Below are positions 1 to 9,520 of a stretch of 64,000 nucleotides of DNA, one piece after another. The notes under the pieces are model-generated. The model searched no databases, had not been told where the DNA came from, and saw only the letters and a program-made list of their open reading frames with translations. A program made the position numbers and the translations under genes. Positions within the stretch are counted from its first letter, which is position 1. Every line of letters starts with the position of its first letter. Location: the NCBI GenBank assembly GCA_028279595.1, contig JANQNK010000013.1, positions 53,682-117,681 of the forward strand. Reading direction: 5' to 3'. The stretch is from Thermoplasmatota archaeon (lineage in GTDB: Archaea > Thermoplasmatota > JAKEGO01).

Positions 1-1554
1 GAGCGACCCCATCCTCACGGTGCTGCCGATCTCCTCGAGGACCTCTATGTCCCCGGGATCGCCGTTCCCGTCGCAGATCCTCTCGAGAATGTCCTTCATC
101 TTCTTGGTGCCGATGCGGCACGGAGGACATTTCCCGCACGACTCGTACTGTGTGAAACTAATGAAGTAGCGGGCGACGTCGACCATGCACGTCTCCTCGT
201 CCATGACGACCATCCCGCCGGAGCCCATTATGGCCCCCGCCTGCTGGAGTGATTCGAAGTCCACGGGCAGATCGAGCATTGATTCCGGGATGCAGCCCCC
301 GGACGGCCCCCCGGTCTGGACGGCCTTCAGCTTCCCTCCGTCGGGGACGCCGCCGCCTATGCCTTCGACGATCTCCCTTATCGTGGTCCCCATCGGGACC
401 TCGACGAGCCCTGGATACTTCACCTTCCCGGTGAGCGCGAAGACGGCCGTGCCCTTGGTCCCTTCCGATCCGATGGACGCGAAGTGCTCCGCGCCGAGCC
501 TCATGATCGCGGGGACGCTGGCGAGCGACTTCACGTTGTTGATGACCGTCGGTTTTCCCCAGAGCCCTTCCTGGGCGGGATACGGAGGCCTGGGACGGGG
601 CATTCCCCGCTTCCCCTCGATCGAGGCCAGCAGGGCGGTCTCCTCCCCGCAGACGAACGCCCCTGCTCCCTCCTTGATGTGGATGCTGAGGCTGAAACCG
701 CTGCCCATGATGTCCTCTCCGAGGAATCCGACCTCCTCCAGCTTCGCGATGGCGATCCTGAGCCTCTTGATCGCGAGGGGGTATTCGGCCCTCGCATAGA
801 TGTAGGCCTCGTCGGCCCCGATGGCGTAGGAGGCTGTCGTGAGTCCCTCGAGCAGTCGGTAGGGATCTCCCTCGAGGATGCTCCTGTCCATGAACGCCCC
901 CGGGTCGCCCTCGTCGGCGTTGCACACCATGTAGCTCTTGTCGGTCCTGTTCTGCCTGCACATCTGCCATTTCCTTCCGCTAGGGAATCCGGCACCGCCG
1001 CGCCCCCTCAATCCGGACTCGAGGACGGTCTCGATGACCTCATCGGGGGTCATCGCCAGGGCCTTCTTCAGTCCCTCGAAGCCGCCCTGGGAGATGTAGT
1101 GTTCGAGCTCGACAGGGTCGATTATCCCGTTGTTCTCGGTGATTATCCTCTTCTGGGTCGCGGTGACCGGATGGTCCCAGATGCTGGGGACGTCGCCAAA
1201 TGCGTCGCCTATCGAACCGAGCAGGGCCTCGGTGGGATATCTCTTGTGAGTTATGATCGAGTCAAGGAGCCCGCCCATGGTCCTGCCTTCCACCGGTCCG
1301 TAGGCCACCGGGGGATTGCCGTGGACCTGGATGGACACCAGCGGCTCGAAGCAGCATGTGCCTATGCATCCGACCTCCGAGAGCCTCAGGTCCGCACCGT
1401 TCTCGGCCATCCATCGCTCCGTCTCGCGCTTCACCTCGCCGATGCCCGCGGCGATCCCGCAGGACGCGGTCCCCAGATAGACCACCCCATCGGTCGACTG
1501 GAGGTCGTCCCAGACCTTATCGGCCTCGGCCTTGAGCACGTCGAAATCCGTCAT
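1..1554 (-). CDS. nuoF: NADH-binding flavoprotein NuoF/HydB-type subunit with N-terminal thioredoxin-like [2Fe-2S] domain (runs off window start)
   Basis: Not in the ORF track; translated by hand from ATG at 1554, which overlaps the nuoE TGA (ATGA): MTDFDVLKAEADKVW...GTASCGIAAG...GLRGRGGAGFPSGRKW...CNADEGDPGAFMDRS...FVCGEETALL...QTGGPSGGC...SCGKCPPCRIG. Confidence 0.93.
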   Translation of the reverse strand, partial: MTDFDVLKAEADKVWDDLQSTDGVVYLGTASCGIAAGIGEVKRETERWMAENGADLRLSEVGCIGTCCFEPLVSIQVHGNPPVAYGPVEGRTMGGLLDSIITHKRYPTEALLGSIGDAFGDVPSIWDHPVTATQKRIITENNGIIDPVELEHYISQGGFEGLKKALAMTPDEVIETVLESGLRGRGGAGFPSGRKWQMCRQNRTDKSYMVCNADEGDPGAFMDRSILEGDPYRLLEGLTTASYAIGADEAYIYARAEYPLAIKRLRIAIAKLEEVGFLGEDIMGSGFSLSIHIKEGAGAFVCGEETALLASIEGKRGMPRPRPPYPAQEGLWGKPTVINNVKSLASVPAIMRLGAEHFASIGSEGTKGTAVFALTGKVKYPGLVEVPMGTTIREIVEGIGGGVPDGGKLKAVQTGGPSGGCIPESMLDLPVDFESLQQAGAIMGSGGMVVMDEETCMVDVARYFISFTQYESCGKCPPCRIGTKKMKDILERICDGNGDPGDIEVLEEIGSTVRMGSL

Positions 1555-2018
1555 TCCGACACCCCCTTCGAGACCGTCCTGTCGACGATCTCCTTGGCAG
1601 TGCCGGGAGCCATCTTCCCGTGGATCTCGTCATCGACGACGATCACCGGTGCGACAGCGCAGCATCCCATGCATGCCACCCTCTCGAGGGTGAACTTACC
1701 GTCGGGTGTGGTCCCGCCGGCCTTGACCCCGAGGTCATCCTCGATGATGTCCATTATGGCCGCGCCTCCCTTGACGTGGCACGCGGTTCCCAGACAAACC
1801 TTGACCTCGTGCTCCCCGGGCTTCGAGAACCTGAACTGTGAATAGAACGTGGCAACACCATACGCTTCGTTCCGGGAAATCCCGAGGACGTCCTCGATGG
1901 TCACGAGTGATTCTGGCGAGATGTACCCCTGTGCTTCCTGGACCGCCTGGAGAGCGGGTATTATCGCGCCCTTCCGGTCCTTGAACGATTCGATTATCTT
2001 CCTGATGTCAGTTACCAT
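1551..2018 (-). CDS. nuoE: NuoE/HydC-type [2Fe-2S] subunit
   Basis: VATFYSQF, VCLGTACHVKG and ACMGCCAVAP motifs; translationally coupled to nuoF. Confidence 0.93.
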   Translation of the reverse strand: MVTDIRKIIESFKDRKGAIIPALQAVQEAQGYISPESLVTIEDVLGISRNEAYGVATFYSQFRFSKPGEHEVKVCLGTACHVKGGAAIMDIIEDDLGVKAGGTTPDGKFTLERVACMGCCAVAPVIVVDDEIHGKMAPGTAKEIVDRTVSKGVSE

Positions 2019-2189
2019 CCTTCAAACCCCTCCCAGCAGCTCCTCTTCGCTTGCGAGTAGAACGATTTTATAGATAAGGATTGTGGGTCTCGCACGCCCC
2101 ATCCGACCGGTCATCGGCGGCTGTCACCGTCCCCTCGTTGTATCGGTAGAGCCATCGCTGTTCGTTAGCATTATGATAACAGATGCCCG

Positions 2190-3326
2190 TCAGATCTCGA
2201 ACTCTTCCTGGGGCATCTCCTTCTTCTGCTCACCCGCCTCGTAGTCCTTCACGGTCTTCTCCGAGTCCTCGTCGAGCTCCTTGATCTCGAAGTCCTCGTC
2301 GTGCTGGACGTGGAGTTCCTCCACCTTGTCGTCGAAGATGACGCCCTCGGGTTCGAAATCGACGGTATCGTCGGATTCGGTCTTGAACTCCATCTCCTCG
2401 TCAGGTTCGAACTCCATCTCCTCCTCGGTCTCGAACTCCATCTCTTCCTCGGGTTCGAACTCGGTCTCCTCGTCATCAGCCTTGAACTCCATCTCCTTTT
2501 CTGGTTCGAATTCCATTTCGGCACCCTCCGGCTCGAACTCCGTATCCCCCGACTCGAAATCGACCTGGTCGGGGATGATCTCCATCTTCTCGCCCTCCTT
2601 TTCCCTCGTCTTCTTGACGACCCTCTCAAGGGCCACCGCCGACTGCTTGTAACGAGCATCCTGCTCGGTGATCGTGTGGTGATACTCCGCGGGCCTCTTG
2701 TCCGTGGTACCCATGTATATCGAGAAATCGAAGGCGTCCGGATCGAGGCATCCCTCGGCCACGGCCGCGACGATGAGCCCGAAGAAGAAGATAGCGATCA
2801 GGAGGAACGGTATACCGAAGGCGATCGGCGGAAAGAAGGACAATACGGTCGGGATGAGGATGGCGCCCGAGGCCAACCGGAACATATGATTGCTCTTGTC
2901 GAACTCGTTTATCGCCGTGTAACTCAATCCCATGATAGCCATTATCAGGATGATGAAGAGGAGGAGTATCAGAAGGCTCCGCGCATAGAATGGGAGGAAG
3001 TAGAAGAGGGCTAGGGGGACGGTGATCGCGATCAATGCCCCGATCATCATCATGAAGACCGCACCTAGGAACAGGGCCGACCCCTTCCTGCTCACCTGCA
3101 GCGAGGTCTCGATGCGTCTGCCCATACCACCTATCTTGATGTACAAGGGTTCGATGCGCCTCCATATCGGATCGAGGAGCATCTCTATCTTCAACCATAC
3201 GAAATTGAACCTGATTCGGATGGGGGCGAGCTTTGCCCACACTCTCGAGAGAGCCTCCCAGATGGTCAACACGACCTTGGCGAAGAGAACGGCGGTCTTC
3301 GTCATGCCATCGGAAGCTCCCATCAC
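2190..3326 (-). CDS. Hypothetical membrane protein, ~4 TM helices, acidic repetitive C-terminal tail
   Basis: Hydrophobic stretches, then EMEFEPE-type repeats; GGGGTGG SD-like motif before GTG-ATG. Confidence 0.75.
   Translation of the reverse strand: MMGASDGMTKTAVLFAKVVLTIWEALSRVWAKLAPIRIRFNFVWLKIEMLLDPIWRRIEPLYIKIGGMGRRIETSLQVSRKGSALFLGAVFMMMIGALIAITVPLALFYFLPFYARSLLILLLFIILIMAIMGLSYTAINEFDKSNHMFRLASGAILIPTVLSFFPPIAFGIPFLLIAIFFFGLIVAAVAEGCLDPDAFDFSIYMGTTDKRPAEYHHTITEQDARYKQSAVALERVVKKTREKEGEKMEIIPDQVDFESGDTEFEPEGAEMEFEPEKEMEFKADDEETEFEPEEEMEFETEEEMEFEPDEEMEFKTESDDTVDFEPEGVIFDDKVEELHVQHDEDFEIKELDEDSEKTVKDYEAGEQKKEMPQEEFEI
2340..2570 (-). repeat. Coding tandem repeat, ~7-8 aa unit E(M/T)EF(E/K)P(E/D)E
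   Basis: Recurring GAACTCCATCTC on + strand, about 8 degenerate copies. Confidence 0.8.
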
Positions 3327-3777
3327 GACCCACCCCGAGTTTCATGGGGATTGCCCTCAGTATATAAAACGATTGCCCAATGGTCATCTGATGGACGGTT
3401 TTCCGGTAATGGGAATGACCGCTCCACCGCCGATGAATTATCTGTTTCTCAAGGAAGGTAGGATCAGTGAACGCCCGGAATTTTAATCAGAAAAAACCGA
3501 CGGATCCGTCGACTCACTTTATTCCGCTTTTTTTCCAGAACCTGCTAGCCCGGAAACCGGAAAATCGTCCTGCCAAAATGAAATTTTTTTCCCGCAGGCC
3601 GCAGGAAAACAACAGGCACTGGCTATCAGAAAAACAGTTGAGTTTCTCAGTTTTCATCCCGTGGATATATCCTGTGATGACCGAAATAAAAACCTCGAAA
3701 ATCCGATGATTATCACCTTCGGTTTTTTGGTGTTTTCCCAGTTATCTTTAAATATCATCCAGACAATCTGCCGTAGG

Positions 3778-6700
3778 GTGGTCGGAATCGTCGACAAACG
3801 GCGGATGGCGGTAGAACGGATAACCTATTCGAGGGATCTCATACAGGGATTCCAGAAGAAGGGTGTTGTGTTACCGTCATCGCTCAAGCTCCTCAAGGAG
3901 GCTGACGAGGAGCTGTCGTCGCGGCATTTTGAGAAGGCTATCGAATTGGCGAAGAGTTCGCAGGATGACGCCAAGGCGATCTATCGGGACCACCTCCGTT
4001 CCGAGGACCTCAAGAAGAAGATCAAGAACATCCGGAAGAGCGCTCCGACCGATGTATCGGACACGATCGATGCCTCCATGGACGAGTACGGCAAGCACCT
4101 TAAGGCGGGCAAGTACAAGGAGTTCAACAGGGAGGCCGAGGACCTCATCCGTCAGCTCAAGTCCGGAGCGGACGCGGGCGTCAAGAAGCGCCCCGCGATC
4201 AAGAGGAAGAAGAGCGTGACCCGCGAGGATGCGGCTTCCTACCTGCAGGCCATCGCGCTCGAGACCCTCGAAGCGCAGAAGTCCGGACTTCCGACATCGG
4301 ACATCGAGGAGATGCTCCGGGATTCACGGGACCTGATCGAGGGCGGTTTCTTCCGAGAATCGATGAACACGGGCAAGGAGGCCATGGCCCGGATCGACGA
4401 GCTCCGCAAGCAGCACGAGGAGTACGTCCATCAGGTGGCCGCAGCGACCGAGGCGATACAGTCGCTCAAGGCCCAGGGACTGAAGACCGGAAGCCTCGAG
4501 AAGCTGCTTGCCAAGGCGAGGAAGGCCCTTGACGGAGTGAACTACCCCCAGATGACCGAGCACCTCAACCGGCTCTACGAGAAGATGGAGGACTCGAAGG
4601 ACCATCACGGGGAGTCGCTCGAGATCATCGCATCCACCGAGACGCTCATCAAGGAGGCGGGACAGGCGGGCGCATCGCTCGGCTTCGCCACCTCCCTGCT
4701 GGAGGAGGCCAAACAGCTGGCCGACAAGGGCGACTACGCCCAGGCAAAGAAGATCGGCAAGGAGGCCCACGACGAGGCCGTCAAGTCGATACAGATATCA
4801 CTGGAGAAGATCAAGCGTGAGGAGGCGGACGTAAATCAGATCAAGACCCTCATGGACGAGGCCCGCGAGGCGATCGCCGAGACCACGCAGTACGTACCCA
4901 TCCCCGCCGCGGGCGAGATGCTCGAGAAGGCGGAGGACCTTCTGAAGGACCACGACTCCATAGACGAGGCGAGAAGGCTCGCCACGGACGCGAAGGCGAT
5001 GGCCCTGGAGACGAAGAAGCAGTACATCGAGACCACCGAGAAGGTCCAGGAGGCGAACAAGATCCTGTCGAGGCTTCGGGAGGCGGGTCTGCGACCCCAG
5101 TCGCAACAGGACATGCTCGTGCAGGCCCTGGGCGCCATAGACGAGAACAATTACCTCGAGGCACTCAGGCTCTCGAAGAAGGTCCTGAAGGACCTCAGCG
5201 CGATGGACAACGAGCGGATGAACGCCGAGGAGTCCCTGAAGAAGGCCCGCGGAATGGTCAACGACGTCGTGGGTATCCTCGAGACCGAGGAGATCGACGA
5301 GATGAACTCGACCCTCGACAGGGCCGACTCATCCGCTGCCAACGGTTCGTTCAAGGAGGCCTCCACCGCGGCCGGAAAGGTCATCGAGAAGCTCGAGGAC
5401 ATGGTCTCGACCAATCGGGACGAGTTCATCAAGGCCAAGGAGAAGCTCTCCGAGGTGAAGATGGCGGTTCAGCTCCTCAAGAAGGAGGGCGTCGTAACCG
5501 ACCAGCTCACCGAGATACTTGCCTCTGCCGAGGACGAGCTCCGCGGCAAGGAGTTCAAGAAGGCAATGGATGCCCTCGGGATACTAGACGAGCTCATCTC
5601 GGCCCTGAGGGACGCCTATGACAGGTCCAAGACGATGCTCACGGCCGTGCAGATGGTCCTTGACGGGATGAAGGAACGCGGCCTCGATGTCACAAGGTTC
5701 GAGGAGACCTACAAGCAGGCCAAGGAACTCTTCGACAAGGGAGATTACGAGTCTGCCTTCGGGATCGCCGAAGGAATACAGAAGGAGAGCATGCCCGACC
5801 TCGCGAGCTATGAGACGATCGAGGACGCAAGCGCCTACATCGCAGAGATCAGGCGCAACATGCACATGATCCGGGAGGGTCTTCCCGAGGTCGTCGACGT
5901 CGAGGAGAAGCTCGGGATCTCTGGGATCTTCAAGGAGTACTACAGGCGCCTGCTCTACAGTGTGATAGACGGCGCGCTGCGCGACGTCGAGAGGGCTGAC
6001 GGACTCATCGCCGAGGGCAAGACCGGCGAGGCGAAGGACCTCGCTGAAAAGGCCATGAAGATGTCGGAGAACGTCGGCGCCCGCTACCGCGACGCGCTCG
6101 AGTTCCTCTATCAGGCGAAGACGATCATAAACGAGGTCGAGGGCCCGGAGCTCTCGAAGCTCGAATCCATATACAAGCAGGCGAAGGCCGCGATGGAACA
6201 GGCCGACTACGACAGGACCATGCGCCTGTCCGAGGACGTCGTGAAGAGAGCCGAACCGCTCATCGAGAAGTTCGGGTCCTCCGTCAAGCCGCTTGACGGT
6301 TCCGATGTGGCCATCAAGCCGCTGGACGCGGACGGGGACATCCCCGTCGCAACACCGGTCCCGGAAGAGTCCCCTGACGAGGACGCGAGGGCAACGGTCG
6401 ACTCGTCCTGGGCAATACTCAGGGAGTTCGAGAAGATCGGACTGGACATCAGGGAGGAGAAGGAGCTCATGCAGGCCGCCGAGGACGCTGTCCAGGCAGG
6501 TCAATACATCGAGGCCATGAACCTCTCTGAGCAGGCCAAGCTATCGGTCGTCCTGAAGGGCGAGACCCTGCTCAGCTCCGAGGCCGAGGCGGATCCCGAG
6601 GCCACGGTCGCCCGAGACACGCTCGACAAGTGTCAGGTGCTGGTCGAACACATGGCCGAGAACGAGATCACCCACAAGTCGGTCGACCTGCTGATGTCAC

Positions 6701-7359
6701 GTGGCGAGGAGGCCTTCGACGAGGGCCGGTTCTCCGCCGCCATCACTTTCGCCGAGGAGGCCATCAACAAGGCCGACCGGGTCATCGAGGACTGGCAGAA
6801 GGCCGAGTTCCTCCTCAAGATCGCGGACGAGGAGTCCTCGAAGTCCGACAAGGACGTATCAACCCTCATGCAGAGCGCGGTCACGGAGTTCGAGTCACGG
6901 AACTTCAGGTACGCCATGCGGCTGACCGAGCGGATATTCGACATGCTCGGCACACCGTCGGAAAGGTACGAGTTCTCGCCCACCCCCGTTCCCGGAACGG
7001 GATCGCCAAGGCCGGCTCCCGCCGAGGCCGAGACGGAGGTCGCTCCTGCGCCCGCGCCCGAACCGGAACCTGTGCCGGCACCGGAACCCGAACCGGTCGC
7101 CGAGGAGCCCGCAGAGGACTTCGAGAAGGACTGGGACTCCTTCGAGAGCGAGGGCGGGACCGAGTGGATGGACGGAGAACCGGCCGAGGAGCCCGCACCG
7201 GAGCCGGAGCCAGTTCCGGAGCCCGAACCGGAACCGCTGCCAGTGGCCAAGACGGCACCCGTCGGAGAGGACGGCGTCAGCAAGGAGGAGTGGATGGAGG
7301 AACAGAAGGACGTCACCGACACCCTCATGCGGCTCAAGCAGATGTACCTGAACAAGTGA
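3778..7359 (+). CDS. Large all-alpha helical-repeat/coiled-coil protein with Pro/Glu-rich linker and short C-terminal helix
   Basis: ~1190 aa of recurring 'L..A......G.Y..A...A..A' helical units, no Walker motifs. Start uncertain: GTG 3778, ATC 3787 or ATG 3805; TTTAAATA near 3748-3755. Confidence 0.8.
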   Translation: MVGIVDKRRMAVERITYSRDLIQGFQKKGVVLPSSLKLLKEADEELSSRHFEKAIELAKSSQDDAKAIYRDHLRSEDLKKKIKNIRKSAPTDVSDTIDASMDEYGKHLKAGKYKEFNREAEDLIRQLKSGADAGVKKRPAIKRKKSVTREDAASYLQAIALETLEAQKSGLPTSDIEEMLRDSRDLIEGGFFRESMNTGKEAMARIDELRKQHEEYVHQVAAATEAIQSLKAQGLKTGSLEKLLAKARKALDGVNYPQMTEHLNRLYEKMEDSKDHHGESLEIIASTETLIKEAGQAGASLGFATSLLEEAKQLADKGDYAQAKKIGKEAHDEAVKSIQISLEKIKREEADVNQIKTLMDEAREAIAETTQYVPIPAAGEMLEKAEDLLKDHDSIDEARRLATDAKAMALETKKQYIETTEKVQEANKILSRLREAGLRPQSQQDMLVQALGAIDENNYLEALRLSKKVLKDLSAMDNERMNAEESLKKARGMVNDVVGILETEEIDEMNSTLDRADSSAANGSFKEASTAAGKVIEKLEDMVSTNRDEFIKAKEKLSEVKMAVQLLKKEGVVTDQLTEILASAEDELRGKEFKKAMDALGILDELISALRDAYDRSKTMLTAVQMVLDGMKERGLDVTRFEETYKQAKELFDKGDYESAFGIAEGIQKESMPDLASYETIEDASAYIAEIRRNMHMIREGLPEVVDVEEKLGISGIFKEYYRRLLYSVIDGALRDVERADGLIAEGKTGEAKDLAEKAMKMSENVGARYRDALEFLYQAKTIINEVEGPELSKLESIYKQAKAAMEQADYDRTMRLSEDVVKRAEPLIEKFGSSVKPLDGSDVAIKPLDADGDIPVATPVPEESPDEDARATVDSSWAILREFEKIGLDIREEKELMQAAEDAVQAGQYIEAMNLSEQAKLSVVLKGETLLSSEAEADPEATVARDTLDKCQVLVEHMAENEITHKSVDLLMSRGEEAFDEGRFSAAITFAEEAINKADRVIEDWQKAEFLLKIADEESSKSDKDVSTLMQSAVTEFESRNFRYAMRLTERIFDMLGTPSERYEFSPTPVPGTGSPRPAPAEAETEVAPAPAPEPEPVPAPEPEPVAEEPAEDFEKDWDSFESEGGTEWMDGEPAEEPAPEPEPVPEPEPEPLPVAKTAPVGEDGVSKEEWMEEQKDVTDTLMRLKQMYLNK

Positions 7360-7419
7360 GCCCGATCCCTACCTTAAAACGAATTCTTAGCGAGGTCCAG
7401 TGAGTTTTACGCGTCCGCC

Positions 7420-9282
7420 TCAGTCCTCGGAATGGTCGTTCTTGCTGTCGGGCGCACCGATACCGTCCCTGACCTTCACGACGATCCCCTTCCCGAACCG
7501 CGGAAGCTCCTCCCCGGTCAGAATGGTCCGTCCGACGGCCATAACCTCGTCGTTGCAATTGACGACGATGGTCTCCTCCATCACACCAAGTCCCGGGTCG
7601 GCGTCGATGACGAACTGGGCGAACACGTTCCTTCCGAGCCGATTGTTCTCCGCGGAATCGTCGTTTACTATGACCCGCATCGTCGGAGCCTCCGTACCGG
7701 CCTGGATACGCCGTGCACCCGCGACCTTCAGGCTGAAGAACCCGTCGTTCCGCATCGACAGCACGTGGTCGCCGTCGGCGTGAACGGTCCTGATCCTTCC
7801 CGTCTTGCTGGACGTGACTATCGACAGCCTGCCTGCGAGGACGAGGTCCGCGATCACGGGTCCGAACTGATATGCGGCTACGGTCCTCACGCGCCTCTCG
7901 TCAGGGTCCTCGATGGGGTCCCCCCTCTCTATCGTCACCGACCTGTCCACGGCCTTCCGCCAGAGGGACATCTCTCCGGACGTGTGCACCAGGCCAGCCG
8001 GATAGATCTGGTCCAGCGAATCCGGTATGAACCCGATCGGGTGATGGAAGATGACACGGTCCCTCTCCTGCTGGTTGTCGAAGGGACTCCCCTCCTTGAG
8101 CTGGACCACTGACCAGTCGCCCTTCAGGACGACCCTCTCCTTGAGCCGTTTCCGGTACCTGACGAAGGCGGGCCTCTGGACATCCACCAGGTTCGTGACG
8201 AACTCGCTGGTCCTCGATAGCGGTTCGAACCTCTCCATCTTGTCAGACCATTCGAGCAGATGCCTGTAGGCGGCGTAGAGGTCCGGATGGCACGACGTCC
8301 TCATGGCCACGAACTCCCAGAGACTGCCCTCCGCGATCGCCTGGTGGATGGCCTTGATCTCCTGGAACGACGTCCAGAGGTTGTGTCGCGCAAGGGCCTC
8401 CTGCCTCACATCGGGCTTCTGCTGCATAAGTTCCTTGGGGGTGTACCTGCTGCAGGTCTCGCACGAGCAGGGGAAGGCTGACAGTTCCTTGAGATGCCTT
8501 GTCCCCCACGGGAACATTATCCTGTCGTCGATGGCGTACTTCGCATACGCCGATGAATCGAAGAGGTCCATTCCCATGAGTGTCGCGAGCCCGAACACCA
8601 TGGGATGTCCGGCGCCGAACAGATGTGTCGGCCTCTCCGGAGGGAGGTTGAGCACCGAGGACATCACGACGTCCACGAGCTCGACGTACCTGTAGTCCTC
8701 CATCAGCGGGACGACCCCGCCGATCGGATGGACCTGGAGGTCCATGTCGCGGTAGGCCCTAGCACACCTGGCCCTCTGGTCGGGGAAGATGGATCCCTGG
8801 ACGGGCGCTGCGATGGCACGCCCCTTGCGCCCCTTCGCCGCCTCGCCGGCCCTCTTGACGGTCTCGTCGACCATCGAAATGACTTCCTTCCTCTCCGTGT
8901 CGGGCTCGGTGAAGAGGTCGAGGATCGTCGAGATGTCCGAACCGATCTTCGCCTGGAACCTCATTATATCCTTGGGCTTCACATCGACATGGCCGTAGAC
9001 GTGGGCCTGGAACGTCCCGGAATCTGTCATGATCGGGCCGTCGAAGTTGAGGACCGTGTGGAGCCCGTGCTTCTCGAACGCCTTCCTGTGACGCGCCGAT
9101 CTGAGGATTATGTAAGCGTTGGTGATGAGGCCGTCGGCTCCCATCTTCTTGAAGTCCTCTGGCTTGATGATGAGCTTCAGCGGGTTGACCACGGGCAGCA
9201 GCGTCGGCGTGTTGAGCACGCCGTGCTCGGTGTGGAATGTGCCAAGCCTGGCCAGGCCGTCCCGCTTCTTTATCTCGAACAT
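7420..9282 (-). CDS. tgtA: tRNA-guanine(15) transglycosylase (archaeosine TGT) with C-terminal PUA domain
   Basis: MFEIKKRDGLARLG, MTDSGTFQ, HLFGAGHP, DLFDSSAY, Zn site CSCETC...H, PUA-like C-terminus; TATA-like sequence ~25 nt upstream (leaderless). Confidence 0.95.
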   Translation of the reverse strand: MFEIKKRDGLARLGTFHTEHGVLNTPTLLPVVNPLKLIIKPEDFKKMGADGLITNAYIILRSARHRKAFEKHGLHTVLNFDGPIMTDSGTFQAHVYGHVDVKPKDIMRFQAKIGSDISTILDLFTEPDTERKEVISMVDETVKRAGEAAKGRKGRAIAAPVQGSIFPDQRARCARAYRDMDLQVHPIGGVVPLMEDYRYVELVDVVMSSVLNLPPERPTHLFGAGHPMVFGLATLMGMDLFDSSAYAKYAIDDRIMFPWGTRHLKELSAFPCSCETCSRYTPKELMQQKPDVRQEALARHNLWTSFQEIKAIHQAIAEGSLWEFVAMRTSCHPDLYAAYRHLLEWSDKMERFEPLSRTSEFVTNLVDVQRPAFVRYRKRLKERVVLKGDWSVVQLKEGSPFDNQQERDRVIFHHPIGFIPDSLDQIYPAGLVHTSGEMSLWRKAVDRSVTIERGDPIEDPDERRVRTVAAYQFGPVIADLVLAGRLSIVTSSKTGRIRTVHADGDHVLSMRNDGFFSLKVAGARRIQAGTEAPTMRVIVNDDSAENNRLGRNVFAQFVIDADPGLGVMEETIVVNCNDEVMAVGRTILTGEELPRFGKGIVVKVRDGIGAPDSKNDHSED

Positions 9283-9520
9283 CGGACGTGGATTGACCTG
9301 CCTGTATAAATAAGGGAACGGCGGGGACCTGCCCGATACCCATCCCGGAGCCATCCTCCCCAAGCCGACCGAATGATATGCGAACGGTCCACGGACCCGC
9401 TCGATCCAGGGACGGTCAAAGGATCGACGCGTCTCGCTGGCGTCGATGTGATGGGTCGGGTTGTATTTTCACTCCGCTCCCCGGAAAGGTTAAAATGGAC
9501 GGTCGGCCTATCACCGACCG

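Noticed and set aside
158-1845. ORFs 158-970(-), 185-799(+), 484-1845(+) and similar long overlapping ORFs throughout the window
   Set aside because: Shadow frames of real genes caused by high GC3; no motifs, while the true frames carry clear family signatures.
3480-3760. Replication origin
   Set aside because: No convincing ORB repeats with G-string and no adjacent orc1/cdc6.
3778-7359. Smc/Rad50 call for the helical protein
   Set aside because: No Walker A/B, signature motif, hinge or Zn hook.
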